DNA from: Lenisia limosa
Lineage: Eukaryota > Protista > Breviatea
Direction of reading: 5' to 3'
Assembly: GCA_001655205.1 (NCBI GenBank)
Contig: LPNZ01007846.1
Span: forward strand, 1-41,306
Length of the DNA stretch: 41,306 nucleotides
Positions within the stretch are counted from its first letter, which is position 1, and each line of letters starts with the position of its first letter. Shown here piece by piece: positions 34,701 to 41,306 of this stretch. The position numbers and the translations under genes are program-made. The notes beneath the pieces were generated by a model. That model searched no databases and was not told the DNA's origin. It worked only from the letters and a program-made list of their open reading frames with translations.

Positions 34701-37700
34701 GGTCGTATTTTGGTGAGATTTTGCAATCTTAACTCTGGAGATTCATGTCAAAATCGGTTCGGCACCAAAGGAACCTTTACAAGTCATCATAGACATCGCA
34801 GATGAAGGACCTGGCATTCCTCATGAAGAGACCAAGGTATTAGTGTTTAGTTTAAGTAACAGTTTAGACAATTTTTGAGCCCTTTTCAAAAGGCCGTGAG
34901 AATCATCTGCAGGTTTGCTGCTTGTTTGTCTAAAATGTACAGACTGGCCATGGGTTGGGTCTTGCTATCTGCGACCAGTTTATGAAGATCATGAAGGGTA
35001 ATTTGAAGTAGGCTATTTATCTTGTTAATTCTTAGGGTGTGGACACATTTGGGATGCGGTTCCATATTCTCACTAAGCGTTCCTCTCACTGAACATGAAA
35101 GAGTAAGCCACTGTTGTGTTTGACTTTTAGGGGCAAGCGGAATGGAACAATTCGATGAGACGAGATCGAAGGAAAATGGAAGGGTAAGAGGCAAGGTTTT
35201 ATTATCCTACAGAACGAGCGTTTTCATTGTTACCAATTGGACGGACCTCTATGCTCAATACGAATCCATTCTCTCAGAAGTTGGATGTCGGTATGTGTGA
35301 AATGAAGGTTGCTGATGTAACTAGCGTGGCCGGAGCCTCAACAGTTCAAGAAGCTTACTGTGCCATTGGCTCAACTCTTACCAATTCACCGTAGGCAAGT
35401 TGGTGTTATTGTAAGAGTGCTAAGCATTCAAAAAATCTCACTTAGAAGAAATTACACTGTCCTCATCATTGACATTAATCCCTTGACCGCGACGAGTTAC
35501 CCGGGTAGGAATTAATTCTCTTTCCTTTTAATGACAATGTTCAGAAACCCAGAGTCTAGTATCCAACATTGAAGCCATGATGCACGACCCTGGAATGAAG
35601 CGTTTACACATCGTGGTGTCTGGTCCAAGTTCAACGTGCAACAACATCCACCGCGCAGGGATTCGTAAGTCGTTTATCTTACATCGGCATTCTAACTGAT
35701 CAGCCTTCCTTGTCAAGCCTTGCACTAGGTCGCAGCTCTTAACATGTGTATTTGAGTCCTCGCAGAGGAATCGAAATGTTGGTTGGACATCCAACTGACC
35801 TGTCTTTGGTTGTATTTTGGATTGAAATGATTGTTTAGATTGGACTGAAGCCTAAAGCCGATTTTAAGACATCAAAGCTCTGGGGGTCTGGAGTGTCCCC
35901 AATTGTACCAGTCCTCTCATCAGGGTTGGTTTACCATTCAACTTTTCTCATTCGAGTCTAACTTATTAGAAGTTACCCCGTTACTCCACATGAGCTGTTG
36001 CAACGTAAGCTGGTTTGGTATGACAACTAACTATCTTCAGAGCCCAAAGCAGCAGAAGACACCCCAACGTTTTTGGGTCTTCCTCCAACTCCTGTTGCAG
36101 TAAATGTGGGCTGGGCACGAGTTTCTCTCATCGAAGACAAGTTTCACCCATGCTTAGATCGCCACTGCCCCTGCCCCGAGTTCATACTACAAGAGATCCT
36201 TCCGGACAAGCACTACGTGAGGAGAGTTTAATTTGTCTTGCATTTGGGCATTTATTGTTACTATTCAGCTCATCTGTCAATACGTCACCATCTTATGAGG
36301 CTGGTTCAGGGAAGTTCAAAGCAAAACAGCTGTCACTTTCAGAAGAGGTGGTGAAACTCTTGATGTGATTATTCTTTAGATTCATAGACTAAATTCCCCG
36401 TTCTCGGTTTGAAGTGGTGTATTACTCATGTACTATTAACTTTAAAACAACTTCCTCCATTATGTATTAGCTATCAGGAGAGGATGCTTTAGTGGCCGTG
36501 TCAATACCAGATTACGCTGAAAGCTCTGAAACCTTCCAGGAAATAAAGAAGCTCATCAATAGCGTAAGGTATTCTCTCACTTTAACGTTCAGTGCGGGCG
36601 CAAATGCAAGTTCTTCAAGTCCCATATTGCTGCAATTCACCAAAACTTCTCTGCTACAGTATTTGTAAGTGGAGGCTAGTCATAAATCTGTTACAAAGCA
36701 CATGTCTTTTATTGATTATTGTTTGAATAACCCTTTCAGGTTGGAGTGGAAATATTGACTAGAGGTCAGCTGATTGAACTTGCTGGTAAGGCATTGCTAG
36801 TGGATTTGAAGCTTCAGGTGAGGCCTCCCAAGCCGGACGAGACGGAGTGCGAATTGCCATCACGCTGACAAACCACGTGCCACAAGAGGTCGTAGCTGCA
36901 AATGCCTTGTAGGCTCTTACCTATTTTCACTCTTCAGCCATGAGATTCTTCCGTGGCCAGTTGACACCAATGTGTTCCATGCAGCTTTAGTGTATGCCAC
37001 CCTCTTGCCAAATTACACTGTAGTGTTGCTGCTAATACCGATTCAAAAGAGAGAAAACTCTCCAACTCATCATTTTCATCGGGTTGGTCTGGATTAAGCT
37101 TTTCATGAGATAACCAACATAGGCCGGGGGAAATCCAGTCAAAGTGATGAGGTTGGTTAACGCGGTTTATATATTATTTGACTATTTAGCTTGAAAGAGA
37201 ACACGTGTTACTTGTGGAGGATAACCAGGTGCGAGATTGTGTAACTGACTTGATGATAGTTTCATGAAACCACGTTACTATTCAGATCAACTCAAGAATA
37301 GGCGCAGCAGTTCTACAGCGCCAAGGTCTCCAGGTAACAGTCTTGGAATCTGATTGTCTAGGTCGAAACCGCAAGAAATGGGAAGGAAGCCCTTGCACTT
37401 CTCACTAACCAGAACAACAAATACCTGTGTGTCCTCATGGTGAGAGACTTGTAATTGTAACGCTCAAGGACGTTCATATGCCAGTCATGGACGGCCTGAC
37501 ATGTACACAGAAGCTCCGTGAATACGAAAGAAACAACGGACTCCAACCCACCAGTGTTGTGGCCTTGACAGGTACGGTTTTTTTATGGTACTGTGAACTA
37601 ACTCTGTTTAGCAAACAATGTGCCTGGTCAAAAGAGCTTATGTCTCCAAGCGGGGTGTGATGACTTCATGAGCAAACCGCTCGACTACTCCAAACTACTC

Positions 37701-38397
37701 ATTGTGGGTGTTTGTTTAACGTTTGAGTAATATACAATAGTTGTACGGATTAACACGCTTGTAGGTGGTGAAGAACATTGAGGAAAGGCGACTGCGAACA
37801 CACATTGTGCCCTTTGACCAGGATATTCTCAACAAACTCTCACCACCAACCAAATCCGCTGATAACCCGATCTCAATCAAAACAATGGTTAACAAGTGGG
37901 TGAAGTTGTCCGTTACATTCTAGACAATTGGGCAGAAGAGGCAGTCTGCCGATCCTGTCATCAGACAACAGGAAAATGTCACTTTCGCCTTTGTCAAGGG
38001 ACAGTACCCACCCGCTCAAACAGTAAGTAGCCCATTCGCCTTACTCTCAAGAATGTCTCCTCATTCGTCCAAACGCTCATCACCGCTAAATCCATAGTGG
38101 GCGACGGGGGGGGGGGGGNNNNNNNNNNNNNNNNNNNNNNNNNNNNNNNNNNNNNNNNNNNNNNNNNNNNNNNNNNNNNNNNNNNNNNNNNNNNNNNNNN
38201 CTTCAATGTCACCAAAGAATCAACCAATAATTGTGAGCCCAACTGACATACTAACATGCAGGGCTCACCGCTTGGTCATGCCATGTCACGAAGGAACTCC
38301 GTCTTGACCGGTTGGCTGTGGTTTTTGGTGCTCTTATTCAGTAGTTACTCGATCTCCATTGGAGGGCACCACCCTGCAACATTCGACTTCGGAGTAG
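31781..38397 (+). CDS. Membrane-bound hybrid histidine-kinase-like protein (multi-TM, degenerate HisKA, HATPase_c, degenerate receiver(s), canonical receiver); probable pseudo-histidine kinase
   Basis: HisKA-like RSSLLVHMGEEVRSTLEQ and EQHNYLQ...ILSLIDDVI. HATPase: GDAAKLRACLEALINNAVQFSPEGG (N box), DIADEGPGIP (G1), IFEPF (F), TGHGLGLAIC (G2), GCGSIF. Terminal receiver: VLLVEDNQIN...VLMDVHMPVMDG...VVALTA...GCDDFMSKP. The true 5' end may lie upstream (~31.1-31.7 kb), and the 3' end crosses gap 38119-38200. Confidence 0.9.
38119..38200. other. Assembly gap near the 3' end of the histidine-kinase-like gene
   Basis: N run directly after a G13 tract (38106-38118). Confidence 1.
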
Positions 38398-38610
38398 TTA
38401 TGTTTTGTCAAAACCCTTTGAACCTATTGTAAACTTAAATTACCTTAACGTATACTAATATACAAGAAGACCGAAAGAACTAAAGAACAGGGAACAAAGC
38501 TAAAGCTTTCTTGGCTTGTATGCTAGCCTAGCTGTAGGGCGAGGGGGTGTAGATGATGCCGGTGTTTGTTGCTGAATTACACTAGAGAGAAAACTTGACA
38601 AACAAATAAA

Positions 38611-38664
38611 AAAAAACAATGAGAAATAAAAAAAGGTTGTATCTGGCCAAAGCCGTCCACACCA
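38611..38664 (-). repeat. Dispersed repeat copy; its right part is also the first copy of an 18-bp direct repeat
   Basis: Matches 4823-4870 in inverted orientation. It contains ccaaagccgtccacacca (38647-38664), which recurs exactly at 39643-39660. Confidence 0.75.
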
Positions 38665-38799
38665 TCACGCTTGTTAGAGATATTGAATTATAAGATTCAC
38701 TCAATCATATGCCTACCAGCTTTCTGTGTGCCTCTCCCCAGCATATTACCTCATGTTTGAACACGCACTGGGAAGTCTTTAATCAAAGCCTGAACGCCG

Positions 38800-39640
38800 C
38801 TATTCTTGGTAGTTTAGGTACTGGCTAAATTTCTGAAGAGGTCAGAGACTAAAGAGTCCTCACCTGGGCCTTGATGATGGTCAGGGCTGCCTTCATGGAG
38901 AGGTCCGAAAGTGTCTCTACCGGGAAATATTCATCAATTAGTCTGATGAGGCAGAGCTAAGAGGTTCATATCATCAACCAGTTTGATGAGACAGAGCTAG
39001 GAGGATAAAATAATCACTCAAAAAACAAACGTTCCTTTGACCAGGTATTGGGTTTTGAATGTCAGCACGACCTTTCAACTGTTGTCCCCATACCAAGAAG
39101 AAGCTTCATCTTTTCGGCCTCCAAGATACTCATGTTCTCCAGAGCCAGACACAGACGAGAAATATCTACAAATCGGTTTTCTGTAAGTTTATTTAGAAGA
39201 TAATGAGCAAATATCCCACTGAACCCCTTCTTACCACCGGAGATAAATGGTATGCGGTGAAGGTAGAATCTGGCTGGAGGAGCCAGAACCACACAGACTC
39301 GGCAGAATCAGCCATGTTTGACATTGCCTGTCTGGTCAATATCGTATACTATCATCCTCAAATAATAATAATAATAAGGGATAATTCAGACTTTTGAGAG
39401 AGTTTTAGTAACTGAGAGGGAAGCCTTCTTCGTTCTCTTCATGAAGTCCAAGTACGCCCTTCCAAAGGGCCTTACAGGGCTTGTGGTATATCTGTTGGGT
39501 ATTTCAGGCACAGCTGAGGGGGAATTAGTGGTAACGAGTTCCAACTTTTGAGATTGTGAGTTCCTTTGTAGCGCTTGGGGGATCCTGAATAGTTAGAACA
39601 TCACCATTGAACAGAGTACTGTTGTGAATAAAGTGTACTA
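38800..39640 (-). CDS. Hypothetical orphan protein, multi-exon
   Basis: Several splice-bounded open exons: VLAPPARFYLHRIPFISG/ENRFVDISRLCLALENMSILEAEKMKLLL, LCLIRLIDEYFPVETLSDLSMKAALTIIKAQ/KFSQYLNYQE* (stop 38800-38802). The 5' exons and start are unresolved. No known motif. Confidence 0.38.
38931..38999. repeat. Imperfect tandem duplication, 29-bp units with a 40-bp period
   Basis: tcatcaattagtctgatgaggcagagcta (38931-38959) versus tcatcaaccagtttgatgagacagagcta (38971-38999): 25/29 identical. Confidence 0.85.
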
Positions 39641-39642
39641 GA

Positions 39643-39660
39643 CCAAAGCCGTCCACACCA
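39643..39660. repeat. Second copy of the 18-bp perfect direct repeat ccaaagccgtccacacca
   Basis: Identical to 38647-38664 (period 996 bp). Imperfect similarity extends a further ~15 bp to the left. Confidence 0.85.
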
Positions 39661-39693
39661 CGATTATAATTAAAAATAAATATAGGTTGGTGG

Positions 39694-39726
39694 TTAAAAC
39701 CGCGAACATGATTAAAACCGCGAACA
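39694..39726. repeat. Direct repeat of ttaaaaccgcgaaca (15 bp, period 18)
   Basis: Exact copies at 39694-39708 and 39712-39726. Confidence 0.85.
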
Positions 39727-40029
39727 AGCCAAAAATCGACATAAATCGCTTCAATAACACCCTTTTTAGTGTGAAATTCGGTAGTTTTGAGTACTAGACT
39801 ATCAATAACATCAAAACAAAGAAATTATGGGCAAAAAGAAGAAAAAAAAGAGGAGATACTGGAACAATAGCAGCAACTTTCGTTTTTATGTACAATGCTG
39901 TAAACTGGCAACATATTGTCATGTTGCCATATTGCAGGTACGCAGGTTCCTCTTGTGGATAACTTAGAAACACTTCATATAGACTACAGAAACAAATACG
40001 GGAAACAAAAAAATAATAAATGAATGAGA

Positions 40030-41100
40030 CTACCATTTCTTGGAAGAGAAGTTTGTTGGCGTTTTGAAGTTCTTCGGGGTTTGGAAGTTGTTTGACCTGA
40101 TGTCCAAGCCAGCACAGTTGCCGAACGCGTCACCGCTGCCATCAAGAATGCGCGAGGCACCAACGCGACTCTGTGGTGCATAAATCAATGGTCAATGGGC
40201 CACAAATCAATAAGAAACAAATCAATAAGCTGCAAATCAACGAGCATTCCCTGGGGCCACAAACCTGCTTCTTAGCAATGTACTCCTTGCCCTTGGCGCG
40301 GCCGAGGCGGAGTTCCGCGTTGCCGATGGCGGTTCCGATGTTGACTCCGGCCGGCTCGTGGGCCGCAACGTTGCCGAGGTTGTTGCGCTTGGCCACACCC
40401 TCCAGTAATGAACGGTAACGTCTGATGGATTAGGGGCTGCCTCAAAAAGACCCATGAAATATTGAGAGGTTTTCGAGGACTTGTTGAGAAGTTCATTTGA
40501 AATATTGAGGTTTTTGAAGATTTATTAAGAACTTCTTTTTGTTTTCGGAGTCAGAAAGAAACCCCCATCCTTGGACGCAACCTACGCATAATCAGGGACG
40601 CCGTTTGGAGGGAGCGACCTAAGGTGAGTGAGGATTTCGCTGAAGTCCGACGGCAACTTGCGGCAGATCCGGTCTATGGGGCACTTCGCCTTGGCGCTGG
40701 CAACTATTTTGGCTCTCCTTCGCTCCTCTTGAAGGGCTGAAAGCTGGACTCCTTCGGCTGAAATAGTCAATACTGCAGGGAAGAAAGGGAGGAAGCTCAC
40801 AAGTAATGGGGGAGATGTTTTCGTGATATCGCGACCACGGCAGTTTGCCCTTCATCAGGAAAATGATCAAAAAGATCAAGGCTTCAAGGTCGTCCATGCG
40901 CGTGTACTAGGAAGTAAGAGCACTATTTTGGATACCATACACATGACGTCTCTCCTCCCTCTCCAAAGGCTACTCTTTTTTTGACTTCCACCCCGCAGCC
41001 TACGGGGTTGCCTTGCGAACTTGAAACGGACTGGAAAGGAGAGAGTTTGCCGGCAAAAGGCCGTTTGTCCACTTTGCCGTCGGTTGAGATCATTTGCGCC
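40030..41100 (-). CDS. Divergent casein kinase 1 superfamily (CK1/TTBK/VRK-like) kinase, C-lobe and tail only (5' part lies outside the window)
   Basis: Spliced translation: FAGKLSPFQSVSSSQGNP/YTRMDDLEALIFLIIFLMKGKLPW...KCPIDRICRKLPSDFSEILTHLRSLPPNGVPDYA/RYRSLLEGVAKRNNL. This aligns with the CK1 consensus GTARYASINAHLG.EQSRRDDLES..Y...G.LPW...LC...P.EF..YL.Y.R.L.F...PDY. Confidence 0.82.
40456..40535. repeat. Imperfect ~38-bp tandem repeat in the long intron of the CK1-like gene
   Basis: gaaatattgagaggttttcgaggacttgttgagaagttc (40456-40494) versus gaaatattgaggtttttgaagatttattaagaacttc (40499-40535): one 2-bp gap and six substitutions. Confidence 0.75.
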
Positions 41101-41127
41101 CTTAGGTATGAGATCATGGGTTGTGAT

Positions 41128-41247
41128 TAGGGCTTCCCTAAGGTCCCAAAAAGACTGAATTTCTCGATAAAATCTCGATAGATATATACATTCTATATGA
41201 ATATATCCATATTTTGCCGGTCTTTTTCGGACTTTAGGGGAACCCTA
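41128..41247. mobile_element. 120-bp non-autonomous hAT-type MITE in an intron of the CK1-like gene
   Basis: 28-bp terminal inverted repeats at 41128-41155 (tagggcttccctaaggtcccaaaaagac) and 41220-41247 match at 24/28. A perfect 8-bp target-site duplication gttgtgat sits at 41120-41127 and 41248-41255. TAGGG ends plus an 8-bp TSD are hAT hallmarks. Confidence 0.88.
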
Positions 41248-41306
41248 GTTGTGATGGAACCTCAATATTCCTCTTCAAAATCCCTTCGTTTCACCCCCCC
41301 CCCCCC

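Overview
This is eukaryotic nuclear DNA from a compact, very intron-dense microbial eukaryote, not a prokaryote. The ORF track mostly shows exon fragments or antisense shadows, so I built the gene models by hand from GT-AG junctions that keep the reading frame. The gene set (DPM1 without a C-terminal anchor, LIM proteins, a hybrid histidine kinase, an M17 peptidase) would fit a unicellular opisthokont or amoebozoan, but the sequence alone cannot fix the taxon. Genes in order: 3' end of DPM1 (+); M17 leucyl aminopeptidase (-); large coiled-coil protein (+); F-box plus TMEM185-like membrane protein (-); very large multi-pass receptor/channel-like protein (-); LIM-LIM-PH protein (+); small orphan membrane protein (-); DHX29/DHX57-type DEAH helicase (+); multi-TM hybrid histidine-kinase-like protein whose phosphoacceptor His is replaced by Glu (+); weakly supported orphan gene (-); 3' part of a divergent CK1-superfamily kinase (-) with a 120-bp hAT-type MITE in an intron. 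There are five N gaps. I saw no rRNA, tRNA or CRISPR. The best leads are the His-less pseudo-histidine kinase with an unknown ~8-TM sensor and three receiver-like domains, the novel-looking giant membrane protein, the F-box/TMEM185 fusion, a class of 28-33 nt introns, and several small repeat or mobile-element scars near 38.6-41.3 kb. All translations and alignments were done by eye. Exon boundaries and gene ends are approximate unless stated otherwise.
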